Origin: Thermoplasmata archaeon | GTDB lineage: Archaea > Thermoplasmatota > Thermoplasmata > Lutacidiplasmatales > UBA184 | Direction of reading: 5' to 3' | DNA: 64,000 nucleotides | NCBI GenBank assembly: GCA_027314165.1 | Contig: DAHVCH010000001.1 | Coordinates: 108,590-172,589 of the forward strand | Shown here: in pieces, positions 9,878 to 19,035 of the stretch | How positions within the stretch are numbered: the first letter of the stretch is position 1 | Layout of the letters: each line of letters starts with the position of its first letter | Notes under the pieces: model-generated | Seen by the model: only the letters and a program-made list of their open reading frames with translations | What the model was told of the DNA's origin: nothing | Databases searched by the model: none | Program-made: the position numbers and the translations under genes

Positions 9878-10687
9878 TCACGCCGGGATAGGCACGGGGG
9901 CTTGGGCGTGCAGGAGCTTGCTCCCACGCTCCAGAAGCGAGAGGGAGGCCGAAGGGAGCGACCCCGGGTCGAGGGTGACGAGGACCGCCCCCTTCGACTC
10001 GAGGGCGAGGTCGCGTACCAGGTCGATCATCCTGCGAACGTTCCGCACGTTCGTCGACTCCACGATCGTCTCGATGCCGGGAAGGACCACCGCGCGCCCC
10101 TTGCCCTTCGCGAAATGGGTCGCGATCACGTCCGCGATCCGGTCGACGTCGGCGGGGGAGACCGTCCCTTCCCCTTCCAGGCGGCTGACCTTGAAGACCG
10201 TGACCTCGGTCGAGCCCAGCGCGCGGGTCACGTCCTCCCGGCTCCCGTGCGTGAAGGCGAGAAGCGTCCCGGGCTCGATCGGGGTCTTGCGGACCAGGGC
10301 CCAGACGTCCGACTCCTGGTAGGTCTCGAGCGTGGAGAGGGGTTCGGCGAGCGACCATGTCCACGGAGCCCGCACCCGCATGCGCTGGGCCGCGGCAGCG
10401 TTGGGCGTGACCTGACCGCCGTGGGCGGAGGACCGGCGGTCGGCAGAGGAAGGTGCCGCGGAGGGAGCCGTGGCCGGGGACGCCTGGGGTCCGGCTAGCG
10501 GACCGAGCGCCATCCCCAGCCCCGCGAGGAGGCCGGCGACGGCTCCGATGACCGGGGCGAGGAGCAGAGCGACGGGGCTCCGGGTCCCGAGCATCCAGAG
10601 GACCAGCAGGAGGCCGAGGCTCACCACCACGAACGTCACCAGCCCGAAAGCCAGCGACGAGCGCGTGCCAGACCGACCTTCCCCCAA
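9878..10687 (-). CDS. Membrane-anchored DUF835-like protein
   Basis: Two N-terminal TM helices; C-terminal DUF835-like domain (VVLPGIETIVESTN...LVTLDP.SL....SLLER); start estimated. Confidence 0.65.
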   Translation of the reverse strand: MGEGRSGTRSSLAFGLVTFVVVSLGLLLVLWMLGTRSPVALLLAPVIGAVAGLLAGLGMALGPLAGPQASPATAPSAAPSSADRRSSAHGGQVTPNAAAAQRMRVRAPWTWSLAEPLSTLETYQESDVWALVRKTPIEPGTLLAFTHGSREDVTRALGSTEVTVFKVSRLEGEGTVSPADVDRIADVIATHFAKGKGRAVVLPGIETIVESTNVRNVRRMIDLVRDLALESKGAVLVTLDPGSLPSASLSLLERGSKLLHAQAPVPIPA

Positions 10688-10785
10688 GGCGCTCCTAGGG
10701 CCCCGAGGGAAGGGGCGGGAGATAAGCTCGTTGCACACCCGAACCTTCCGGCGCCCCCCGCCGCGGGAAGGTCTCGGGGCAGGGC

Positions 10786-12147
10786 CTAGTCGAGGAACCG
10801 GACGGCGTGGAGCCCGGCGGCCATCTGGGCCTCCACCAGGTCCTTCAGCGCCACACGGTGGCCACGCACGTTGGCCTCCAGTCCCCGCGCCACGTTCTCG
10901 ATCTGGTCCTCGGTCGACCGGAGCAGGCCCTCCCGCGCGAACGTCCCAGGAACGGCCTGTTCGTTGATGAAACGGAAGAGCGTCCCCAGGAGCCGCAGGT
11001 CGGTGAACCGGGCCGCGACCTGGTGCCGGAACACTTCCGAGACCGTGACCGGGCCTTCGGGGGACGGTTGGGGCGCGAGCCCCTCGCGGCGGTTCTGCCA
11101 CTCCATCGAGCTCTCCAAGCACTCCCGGAACGTCCCGGGGCGCAGCACGCCTTCCCGGTGGAGCGTGTGGTACGCGGACCGGAGAAGGTTCACGACGCGT
11201 TCGCGCCGTTGATGACGCTCGGCCTCCAGCGAGGCGCGGTCCACGGGGGCGGCCGTCATGTCCCCGACGCGGGGGTCCGGGAAGAGCGGGACCTCGGCCA
11301 TGAGGCCCAGCACCGACGGGTTCACGCTCTCCGCATACTCGAGGCTCCCTGCGCCGTGGTTCAACACTCGTCGGGGCTCCAGGTTGTGCGCAAGGAGGTA
11401 CTGCACCGCCTCGTGCGTGGAGAGGCGCTTCAGGACGTACGGGGAGAACTGGGTCCCCCAAGGCTCCTCCGGCTCCGCGGGCTCCAGGGGCAGCCCGACG
11501 CGCGCGGGAACGTCGACGAGCGCCTCCTGCAGGCCGTCGACCGTGCGGTTGAGGTAGTAGAAGACCCCGCCCACGCTCGAGTTGTGGAGCGAGTACACGA
11601 GGGAAGGGCGCATCGTGTCGATCAGGTGCGCAAGGGCCCGGGTCTCCGGAGGGGCCATCTCGAAGTCGTAGTCGTCGGAGAAGTAGGGGAAGCCCCACTC
11701 GACCTGACGGCGAGCAGGGGGCCGGTAGTAGTAGTGGGCGAAGCGGGACAGGGAGAAGTTCGGAACGGTCTGCCACCCTTCGTTCAGGCGCAGCCCGTCC
11801 CGGTCGATGGCGGGGATGAGGAAGAACCGGACCCCGATCCTGCGTGTCGCTCCGGGGTTCGCGGCCAGCGCTCGCGCAAGTTGAAGCGCGGTCAGGGTCC
11901 CGAGGGGCTCGTTCGGATGGGGCGCTCCGATGAGCAGGGCGACCTTCTCGCCTTCCCCCACCTCCAGCCCGAGGAGCGCGTCGCCGTGGGCGGTGTGGCC
12001 GATCCGGCGAAGCCGCACCTCTCCGGGGTGTTCCCTTGCGAGGGCGTAGGCGGACTCCTCCAGCTCGCTCGCGGAGAGGAACCTGGGAAGGTCCGGTACG
12101 TTGGAGATGAGCTCCTCGACGACCTCCGAGGGAAGGTCGAGCGCCAT
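10786..12147 (-). CDS. M14-family zinc carboxypeptidase
   Basis: HPNE (HxxE), D.DG..LNEGW, YSLHNS. Confidence 0.85.
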   Translation of the reverse strand: MALDLPSEVVEELISNVPDLPRFLSASELEESAYALAREHPGEVRLRRIGHTAHGDALLGLEVGEGEKVALLIGAPHPNEPLGTLTALQLARALAANPGATRRIGVRFFLIPAIDRDGLRLNEGWQTVPNFSLSRFAHYYYRPPARRQVEWGFPYFSDDYDFEMAPPETRALAHLIDTMRPSLVYSLHNSSVGGVFYYLNRTVDGLQEALVDVPARVGLPLEPAEPEEPWGTQFSPYVLKRLSTHEAVQYLLAHNLEPRRVLNHGAGSLEYAESVNPSVLGLMAEVPLFPDPRVGDMTAAPVDRASLEAERHQRRERVVNLLRSAYHTLHREGVLRPGTFRECLESSMEWQNRREGLAPQPSPEGPVTVSEVFRHQVAARFTDLRLLGTLFRFINEQAVPGTFAREGLLRSTEDQIENVARGLEANVRGHRVALKDLVEAQMAAGLHAVRFLD

Positions 12148-12177
12148 GAGCGCTGGAGCACTCGAGGGAAGATGTAC

Positions 12178-12909
12178 CTACCGACGGCCCCGACGGTCCT
12201 CTCTCAGGGGATCGTTAACGTGTGCCTCACGGAACCCTTTCTCGCGCAGCCGGCAGGAGTCGCAGCGGCCGCAGGGACGACGACCGCCCGCGTAGCAGCT
12301 CCACGTGAGGGCCCACGGCACGTGCAGCCGCTCGCCCCAGAGGACGATCTCCGTCTTGGTGCGCTTGAGGAGCGGCGCCTCGATGGAGGGAGAGAGGCCC
12401 TCCTCGGTCCCCCGGGCGGTGGCGACCTTCGCCAACCGAGCGAAGGCCCTCAGGAACTCCGGTCGGCAGTCCGGGTATCCGGAGTAGTCGACCGCGTTGA
12501 CGCCCAGGTAGATCGCCTCCGCGCGGCGGGTCTCGGCCACCGCCAGCGCGAGCGAGAGAAGGACCGTGTTCCGGGCGGGCACGTACGTCGAAGGGATCCC
12601 GCCCCGGGCCATGCGGTCCGTGGCGCGGTCCTGGGGCAGCCGGGTGCCGGACCGGGTCAGGGCGGAGGGGGCCAGCGGACCCAAAGGCACGGACACCTCC
12701 AGCCGTTCGACGGCGCCAAAGTGCCGGGCGAGCGCCCGCGCCGAGCGGAGCTCGCGCGCGTGTCGCTGTCCGTACCGCACGGAGAGCGTGATGAGGGGAT
12801 GGCCCCGAGACCGCGCGATGGCGAGGACCGTGGCCGAGTCCATCCCGCCGGAGAGCAGGACCACGGCGGGCCCTCGGCGAGGCGGCACGGTCGGCTTCAG
12901 GGGCCCCAT
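12178..12909 (-). CDS. queC: 7-cyano-7-deazaguanine synthase
   Basis: SGGMDS, YGQRH, TYVPARN, DYSGYPDCRPEF, TWSCY...CGRCDSC. Confidence 0.96.
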   Translation of the reverse strand: MGPLKPTVPPRRGPAVVLLSGGMDSATVLAIARSRGHPLITLSVRYGQRHARELRSARALARHFGAVERLEVSVPLGPLAPSALTRSGTRLPQDRATDRMARGGIPSTYVPARNTVLLSLALAVAETRRAEAIYLGVNAVDYSGYPDCRPEFLRAFARLAKVATARGTEEGLSPSIEAPLLKRTKTEIVLWGERLHVPWALTWSCYAGGRRPCGRCDSCRLREKGFREAHVNDPLREDRRGRR

Positions 12910-13697
12910 AGCAGGTACATCCCGAGAGCGATGAGCGCGGTGAAAAGCATGGCGAGGAAGTTGACCGACCCCTTTCCGAGGTACCCCCGGTTCTCGAGCG
13001 TGGCTCCCAGGAGGCTGTCGATCTGGCAGCCCAGGAACCCGAGGAACGTCCCTCCTGCGAACCAGAGGACGACCGAGGTTGGCAGCTCCACGAGCCCGCC
13101 AAAGGTGTAGAATATCCCGGCCCCCGCGGCGACGGTGACGAGGCTGCCGAGAAGCGCCCAGAGCTCCCCGCCGAAGCTGATGCCCCCGTTCGTGCCCGCC
13201 TTGACAGGCCCGGTCCCCAGGATGCTCACGGCCTTCCCGGAGAGCACGCCGAACTCGCTTGCGAAGGTGTCCGCCGTCCCGCAGGCGAGGGCGGCCACGT
13301 AGACGAACGGGACGAGGTTCTGGGGCAGCGCGCCGAGGAGGGAAAGGGGACCGACCAGGACGAGCCCGAGCGGGACCAGGATGTGCGAAAGGACGTTGCG
13401 CACCCCGCGCTCCCCCGCCTTCCCCTCCGACACCTTTCGCGCTTTCTTCTCCTCCCAGCCGTACCGGGTGGCCAGGCTGCCACCGAGGACGAAGAGGATC
13501 AACATCGCCAGGTAGGAGGGGCCCCCGACGAGCACGATCACGATCCCGAACACGGTGGCGAGGAGGGCGGCGTAGGGGGTCAGGACCTTGGCGTAGGCGG
13601 CGGCGATCCCCAGGGCGAGGGTGACCCCGACCGAGATGGCCAGGGCCCAGCCTCCCAACGAGCCCGCGGCTACGGCCAGGGGCACAGCTAAGCTCAA
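12897..13697 (-). CDS. DUF92/TIGR00297 membrane protein
   Basis: Multiple TMs, GERG..NV, ADTFASEFG, GTNGGIS, DSLLGATLE; start estimated. Confidence 0.85.
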   Translation of the reverse strand: MSLAVPLAVAAGSLGGWALAISVGVTLALGIAAAYAKVLTPYAALLATVFGIVIVLVGGPSYLAMLILFVLGGSLATRYGWEEKKARKVSEGKAGERGVRNVLSHILVPLGLVLVGPLSLLGALPQNLVPFVYVAALACGTADTFASEFGVLSGKAVSILGTGPVKAGTNGGISFGGELWALLGSLVTVAAGAGIFYTFGGLVELPTSVVLWFAGGTFLGFLGCQIDSLLGATLENRGYLGKGSVNFLAMLFTALIALGMYLLWGP

Positions 13698-13745
13698 GGA
13701 CTCCCCCAGTGGCCGCGCTCGTCCTGGCGGTATAAAAGACCCCCG

Positions 13746-14795
13746 ATGAGAGTGACCAAAGCTCAGGTAGGGGGTCCGCCCTCCCCCGCAGTGGTCATGA
13801 GGTCGGGGGAAGGCGTCCGGAGGGGGCGGGCGCCCGTGGGAGTTGGGGGCCCGAGCGGGAAGCACCCTCCCTTCCCTTTCCGCGCCCTCGCTCGCGGGTC
13901 CCTCTTCCACACCCCCCTCGGGGTCTCCCTGGTGGGGGACGCGCTTGGGGTCCTGCGCACGCTCCCGTCCTCCCGCGTCGACCTGGTCGTGACGTCCCCC
14001 CCCTACGATGGGCAACCGAAGTACGGGGATGGAGAGTCGTACGACCGCCGATGGTACGAGGGGTACTTCCTGGAGGTGACCCGGGAGGTCCACCGCCTGC
14101 TCCGACCGCGAGGGAGCTTCGTACTGAACTACCGTTCGAAGCGCTCAGGCCACGAGCGCGGCACGCTCCAGTACGAGCTCGTCCTGGCCCTGCGGGCCCA
14201 GGGGTTCCTCTTCTGCGAGGACTTCGTGTGGGGAAAGCCCTCCCCGCCTCCCGGGAAGTTCCGTCGTTTCCTGAAGGACGCGGTGGAGTACTGCTTCCAG
14301 TTCGCGAAGGGGCCCGACTGGCAGTTCTACCCGGAGCAATGCCTCTCCCCCGCCCGGTGGGACGCGAAGGACCGTGCCCGTCGCAGGGCCCTTCCCCAGA
14401 ACTACCTGCGCGTGGACGAGCCCTCCGGGCAGGGGCGACGACGGGCCCTCGCCGGCCCGGACATGGTCCGCCCTTCCACACTTCTGCTCGTCGAGCCCGA
14501 GTTCTCCCGCAACCCCACGGAACATCCTGCGCGGTTCCCGGTGGACATCCCCGAGTTCTTCCTGCGCCTATTGACCCGGTCCGGGGATGTGGTGCTGGAC
14601 CCGTTCGGCGGCACCGGGACCACCGCGGTCGCCGCAGAACGGCTGGGCCGTCGGTGGGTCGTGGTGGAGAACGAGGCGCGCTACGCCAGGGCGATCGAGC
14701 GAAGGCTCCAGGTGGACGCGCCGCGACCGAAGGGCGGGAAGGGCCCCCGCTCAGGAGCCCGCTCTCGGCGCGGGACCGACCCCCCCGAGCCTTGA
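13746..14795 (+). CDS. Site-specific DNA amino-methyltransferase, beta class (probably m4C), orphan
   Basis: Motif IV TSPPY precedes HPARFP and motif I DPFGGTGTT. Confidence 0.9.
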   Translation: MRVTKAQVGGPPSPAVVMRSGEGVRRGRAPVGVGGPSGKHPPFPFRALARGSLFHTPLGVSLVGDALGVLRTLPSSRVDLVVTSPPYDGQPKYGDGESYDRRWYEGYFLEVTREVHRLLRPRGSFVLNYRSKRSGHERGTLQYELVLALRAQGFLFCEDFVWGKPSPPPGKFRRFLKDAVEYCFQFAKGPDWQFYPEQCLSPARWDAKDRARRRALPQNYLRVDEPSGQGRRRALAGPDMVRPSTLLLVEPEFSRNPTEHPARFPVDIPEFFLRLLTRSGDVVLDPFGGTGTTAVAAERLGRRWVVVENEARYARAIERRLQVDAPRPKGGKGPRSGARSRRGTDPPEP

Positions 14796-15716
14796 GCTCG
14801 GACCGGCGGGGTCTGGCGCGAAGCGATGCGTGCCGTAGATGGAGAGCAGGACGGCCAGGACCCCGATGGCCTGGGGCACGCCCAGACCTTGGTGCAGCAC
14901 CAGGAAGCCCGCCACCAGGGCGACCACCGGGACGATGAACAGGTAGGCGCTCACGGTGGCCGCGCGGTGAGCTGAGAGCAGCTCGAACCAGAGCCCGTAG
15001 GCGACCGCGGTCCCCAGAATGCCCGTCCAGAGCAGCACGAAGAGGAGCTCGGTGGTCCAGTGCACCGAGGTGAAGGGGGCCTCGAGAAGGGCCAGCGCCA
15101 GCAGCACGGGCGCCGAGCCCAACAACTGCCAGATGTTCGCTTCGAGCATTTCCTGCTGCCGGAAGGTCCGCTTCATGAGCACGGTCGCCACCGCCCAGGA
15201 GACGGCGGCCCCGAGCAGCTCCAGCACCGGCGTCCATCCGGCCGACCAGGAGCTCACGTCGGCGAAACCCACCAGCGCGACGCCCGCCAATCCGACCGCG
15301 GAAGCGCCGATCTGTCCCATCGTCGGGCGGTCCCCCAGGATGGGATAGGCGAGGAGAAGCACCCAGAGCGGGAACGTGTAGATGAGCAGGCTCGCCTGCC
15401 CCGCGGGCACGACGGGAGCGGCGATCATCCACAGGCCGAAGAAGAGGGCCGAATTGGGCAGGCCGAGCAGGAGCGCGTATCCCTTGCCCCGCCACCTGAG
15501 CCGCTCGGACCCGCCCATCCGTCGCTCGAGCAGGGGAAGGACCAGGAGGCTCCCTCCGAGCCCGAAAACGACCCGAAGGAAGCCGAGCCACAGGGGGGGA
15601 GCGTAGCCGAGGCCGAGGACCACCGCGGGGTAGTTGACCCCCCAGAAGAGGGCGACCAGAAGGAAGAGCCAGAGCGTGGCCCCCTGCTGGGTCGTCGACC
15701 CCGACCCCACGGACAC
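14751..15716 (-). CDS. EamA/DMT family transporter
   Basis: About 10 TMs, FWG.NY, duplicated EamA halves. Confidence 0.9.
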   Translation of the reverse strand: MSVGSGSTTQQGATLWLFLLVALFWGVNYPAVVLGLGYAPPLWLGFLRVVFGLGGSLLVLPLLERRMGGSERLRWRGKGYALLLGLPNSALFFGLWMIAAPVVPAGQASLLIYTFPLWVLLLAYPILGDRPTMGQIGASAVGLAGVALVGFADVSSWSAGWTPVLELLGAAVSWAVATVLMKRTFRQQEMLEANIWQLLGSAPVLLALALLEAPFTSVHWTTELLFVLLWTGILGTAVAYGLWFELLSAHRAATVSAYLFIVPVVALVAGFLVLHQGLGVPQAIGVLAVLLSIYGTHRFAPDPAGPSSRLGGVGPAPRAGS

Positions 15717-15723
15717 GGGCGCC

Positions 15724-16335
15724 CTATCCTCTCTCGATCAGACGGCGGCAGCCGGACAGGAAGCTCGTCGCGACCAGGTTCGCCTCGACCTGGGCCCGCT
15801 GGAACTCCTGCGGATAGCGAGGGTGGGCTCCGGGCTCCGGGACGTAGACGGTGGTCAAGCCGAGCCGCGTCCCCGCCTCCACGTCGAGCATCCGATCCCC
15901 GATGATCGCGGAGGTGCGCAGGTCGATGTGGAGCTCCCGGGCGGCCTGCTCGAAGAGGGCGGTCCCCGGCTTGCGGCAGGCGCAGCCCTCCTGAGGGGCG
16001 TGGGGGCAGTAGTAGAACGCGTCGATACGGGTGCCGGCTTCCGCCATGAGCCTCTGGATCTTCTGGTGGATCGCCTCGACCGCTTCGCGCGTGTAGAACC
16101 CCCGGGAGATCCCGGACTGGTTCGTGACCACGACGACCAGGAAACCGTGGGCCCGCAGGAGGGCGACGCCCTCCCGCACCCCAAGATGGAGCTCCACCTT
16201 CTCCGGGCCTTGGAGATAGTGCGTGTCCACGTTGAGCGTGCCGTCACGGTCCACGAAGACCGCCCGCCGGAGCGGGGGCGTGGCGGAGGAGGGCCGGTGC
16301 CCCGGCCCGTCCTCGCGCTCAGGTGCTGATGACAC
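15724..16335 (-). CDS. HAD-IIIA phosphatase (GmhB/HisB-N family)
   Basis: DRDGTLN, VTNQSGI.RG, CPH...C.CRKP, IGDR..D. Confidence 0.9.
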   Translation of the reverse strand: MSSAPEREDGPGHRPSSATPPLRRAVFVDRDGTLNVDTHYLQGPEKVELHLGVREGVALLRAHGFLVVVVTNQSGISRGFYTREAVEAIHQKIQRLMAEAGTRIDAFYYCPHAPQEGCACRKPGTALFEQAARELHIDLRTSAIIGDRMLDVEAGTRLGLTTVYVPEPGAHPRYPQEFQRAQVEANLVATSFLSGCRRLIERG

Positions 16336-17050
16336 GGGCGATGCGGAAGTTACCCTTCTCCAGCAGGAGGGAGTAAAGGTTCGACGAGTGGTTGGTCGAA
16401 CGCATCTTGACCACCCGGATGCGGCGCTGGATGGTCTCCTCGTTGACCTTCGCCATCATGAGGTGGACGATGCCGTCCGAGAGGTAGTCCTCCCCGTTCG
16501 GCCCGTAGTTCTCGACGTCCCGCCGCACCTCGGAGATGAGGATGCTCGTGACGCCCAGGTCGCGGATCCACTCGAAGAAGTGGAAGAGGTCGTTCCGGGG
16601 GTTCTGGAAGTCCGACAGCGTCTCGAGGACCGGGAGCGAGTCCAGGATCAGCAGGTCGTATCCCTGGCTGTCCTTCATGTTCCGGGAGTACATCTTCAGG
16701 ACCTCGATCCAGGACTTGTTCCCGAGGACGTTCAGGTTCTTCCGGATGAGCCCGATGTCCACGATCGAGAGCTTGTCGCCCACGGCTTCGAGCTTCATGC
16801 CCACGCTCTCCATGTTCTGGATGAGGCTCTCGCGGGACTGTTCCATCGTGATGTAGAGCCCCTTCTTGCCCTCCTTGAGCGCGTTCTCGTAGGCCATGTG
16901 GAAGGCCACGGTGCTCTTCATCGTGCCTGGCTCACCGGCGAGCAGCACGACGTGACCGGACGGTATGCCCCCCTCCATCTTCTCGTCGAGTCCCTCCACG
17001 TACGTCCGGATGCGCGGGACCTTCGATCCTGCGGTGGGCCCTGGGCTCAT
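16319..17050 (-). CDS. Single-domain KaiC/RAD55-family ATPase
   Basis: GLDE..EGGIP, Walker A variant GEPGTMKS, ILDSL, YLSDGI, VVKMR.T.H. Confidence 0.9.
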   Translation of the reverse strand: MSPGPTAGSKVPRIRTYVEGLDEKMEGGIPSGHVVLLAGEPGTMKSTVAFHMAYENALKEGKKGLYITMEQSRESLIQNMESVGMKLEAVGDKLSIVDIGLIRKNLNVLGNKSWIEVLKMYSRNMKDSQGYDLLILDSLPVLETLSDFQNPRNDLFHFFEWIRDLGVTSILISEVRRDVENYGPNGEDYLSDGIVHLMMAKVNEETIQRRIRVVKMRSTNHSSNLYSLLLEKGNFRIARVIST

Positions 17051-17210
17051 GGTGCTACCTTCCCCCTGTTCTCTGAGGTGAGAAATCCTCGGGCTCCCCA
17101 TTGGGGTTGAACCTTAAAGATGTCGGTGCGGGCGCCCGCCGACCGCACCGGAGCGCCCCCCACTCCCCCCACGGGGGGCCAGCGGCGCGGACCCCCCTGC
17201 CCCCCATGCT

Positions 17211-17810
17211 TCAGCGCGGGGCGGACGGCCGGGGTCGGGGCTTGCCACGACGTCGGGAGCTCGTTCGCCCTCGGCGGGGACCTCCGCGCCCCCTCGCACC
17301 CCCACCCCGCAGGGCCAGGGCCTCCCGCAGGATCCGAGCGTGATCGGCGGCGAAGCGGGGCAGGGCGTCGAGCGGGAACCACTGGGCCTCGGCCGCGTCG
17401 TCCCCTCCCAGTACCTTCCCGCTCACCCGCCGAACGTGAAAGGCGATGGTCACGATGTGGCCACGCGGGTCTCGAGACGGGTCGGAGTAGACCCCCGACA
17501 GGCCTTCCACGACGGTCCGCAGCCCCGTCTCCTCCTCCACCTCGCGGACCACCGCCGACTCGCAGCTCTCGCCGATCTCGACGAAGCCTCCCGGAAGGGC
17601 CCACATGCCCTGCCAGGGAGGACGACCACGTCGGACCAGGAGGACCCTCCCGCGGGCGATGAGCACCCCATCGACCGTGAGAGCGGGCGTTTCGAGGGGC
17701 CGCAGATGGAGGTACGGGGACCCGGGGTACGGACGAAGGTACCCTCGTGGCCCGGTGGGCCCCTTCGCCCGCCGGCGAGCGACCCAGGGCGCGAGGGGGG
17801 TCCTCCCCAC
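17211..17810 (-). CDS. Nudix hydrolase (ADP-ribose pyrophosphatase-like)
   Basis: GGFVEIGESCESAVVREVEEETGL, RDPRGH, GDDA; start estimated. Confidence 0.9.
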   Translation of the reverse strand: MGRTPLAPWVARRRAKGPTGPRGYLRPYPGSPYLHLRPLETPALTVDGVLIARGRVLLVRRGRPPWQGMWALPGGFVEIGESCESAVVREVEEETGLRTVVEGLSGVYSDPSRDPRGHIVTIAFHVRRVSGKVLGGDDAAEAQWFPLDALPRFAADHARILREALALRGGGARGRGGPRRGRTSSRRRGKPRPRPSAPR

Positions 17811-17869
17811 CCTTGGGACCTTTGAGGACCGAGGCGCCCTAGCGGCCCTAGAGCTCTTCCGCTTAGGGG

Positions 17870-18901
17870 GTGATGACAAGCAACCCCCAGGCGACGGAGA
17901 GGACGATGAGCCCGACCACGATCCAAGGGACCCATCTTCCCCAGCCTCCCGCGCCGCGACCCCACGAAGGCGCGCCGGCCGAGCGACCCGCCGGACCCAG
18001 GACCTCCTCGTCCGGCACCTCAGGGACCAAACTTCGCGCCATCGCGGGGGAGGCATCCGCCGCGCCTACTCAAGGTTCTGGGGAGCGTGGCCCGCGGGAG
18101 GGCCGGGCCAGTTCGCGACTCCCGGACGCGCTCCTCGCCGACCTTGGCCAGTGGACGACGGCCTCCCTGGAGCGCGCGGTGGCGGGAGCCTCCAGCGTGT
18201 CCGTGCTCTTCTCCGGAGGGCTCGACTCGGCCTTGCTCGCGCACCTGCTCCGGAAGCTCCCGGCCTTTGAGGGAGGACGGGGCATGGAGCTCGCGACCAT
18301 CGGCTTGGCCGGGTCGGCCGACCTGGCCCAGGCCGCCTCCGCCGCCGAGGCCCTGGGGCTCAAGTTCCACGCCCGCACCATCTCTCCCGAACAGGTCCGG
18401 GCTGCGGCCAGATCGGTCGAGGAGACCGAGCGGACGCAGGCCGCGCAGGGTCAGCCGCTCCCGCCTCCCCCGCAGGGAATGCGTCTCGAGGTCCTGACGG
18501 GCCTGCGGCTGGCGCTCGAGGCTGCTCCCACCACCAGGGTCCTCTGTGGCCAGGGCGCGGACGAGCTTTTCCTCGGATACGCCCACTTCTTGCCGCTGCG
18601 GGGAGAGCGGTTGGAACGGAGGTACCGCGAGGACCTTTCACAATTGCAGGGGACGGACTGGCCGGCCACCCAGCGCATCGCGGCCGCCCTCGCGAAGGAC
18701 CTGCGAGCGCCCTACCTCGACCCGGAGCTGGTCCAGAAGCTCGCGGCCTTCCCGTTGGAGCGCCGCCGTCAGGGAGGGGTGCCGAAGGGGCTCCTCCGAG
18801 AGGTCGCCGCGTCCCTGGGGCTGCCGACGGAGCTCGCCCAACGCCGGAAGAAGGCCCTCCAGTACGGGAGCGGGATCCACTCCGTGCTTTCACGGGCCTG
18901 A
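17870..18901 (+). CDS. Asparagine synthase C-terminal (PP-loop) domain protein without glutaminase domain
   Basis: FSGGLDS, GQGADELFLGY, PYLD, KKALQYGSG. Confidence 0.85.
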   Translation: MMTSNPQATERTMSPTTIQGTHLPQPPAPRPHEGAPAERPAGPRTSSSGTSGTKLRAIAGEASAAPTQGSGERGPREGRASSRLPDALLADLGQWTTASLERAVAGASSVSVLFSGGLDSALLAHLLRKLPAFEGGRGMELATIGLAGSADLAQAASAAEALGLKFHARTISPEQVRAAARSVEETERTQAAQGQPLPPPPQGMRLEVLTGLRLALEAAPTTRVLCGQGADELFLGYAHFLPLRGERLERRYREDLSQLQGTDWPATQRIAAALAKDLRAPYLDPELVQKLAAFPLERRRQGGVPKGLLREVAASLGLPTELAQRRKKALQYGSGIHSVLSRA

Positions 18902-19035
18902 CCTCTCGCAGGGGGGCCTGGTCGGGTCCTCCGACCGACCCGGTCAGTACGAACAACCCGTACGACGAACACATGACCTGACCCGCATTGGTGCGGCCGG
19001 TTCGCAGCGCGGCTAGGAGACAAGGCAGACCTGGC

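Noticed and set aside
12178..14795. queC near a DNA methyltransferase as a Dpd or QatABCD-type defence island
   Set aside because: QueC is canonical in length and motifs (archaeosine pathway); no dpdA/TGT, TatD or KAP ATPase nearby
17870..18901. AsnB-like gene as a lasso peptide cyclase
   Set aside because: No leader peptidase, RRE or precursor peptide seen nearby
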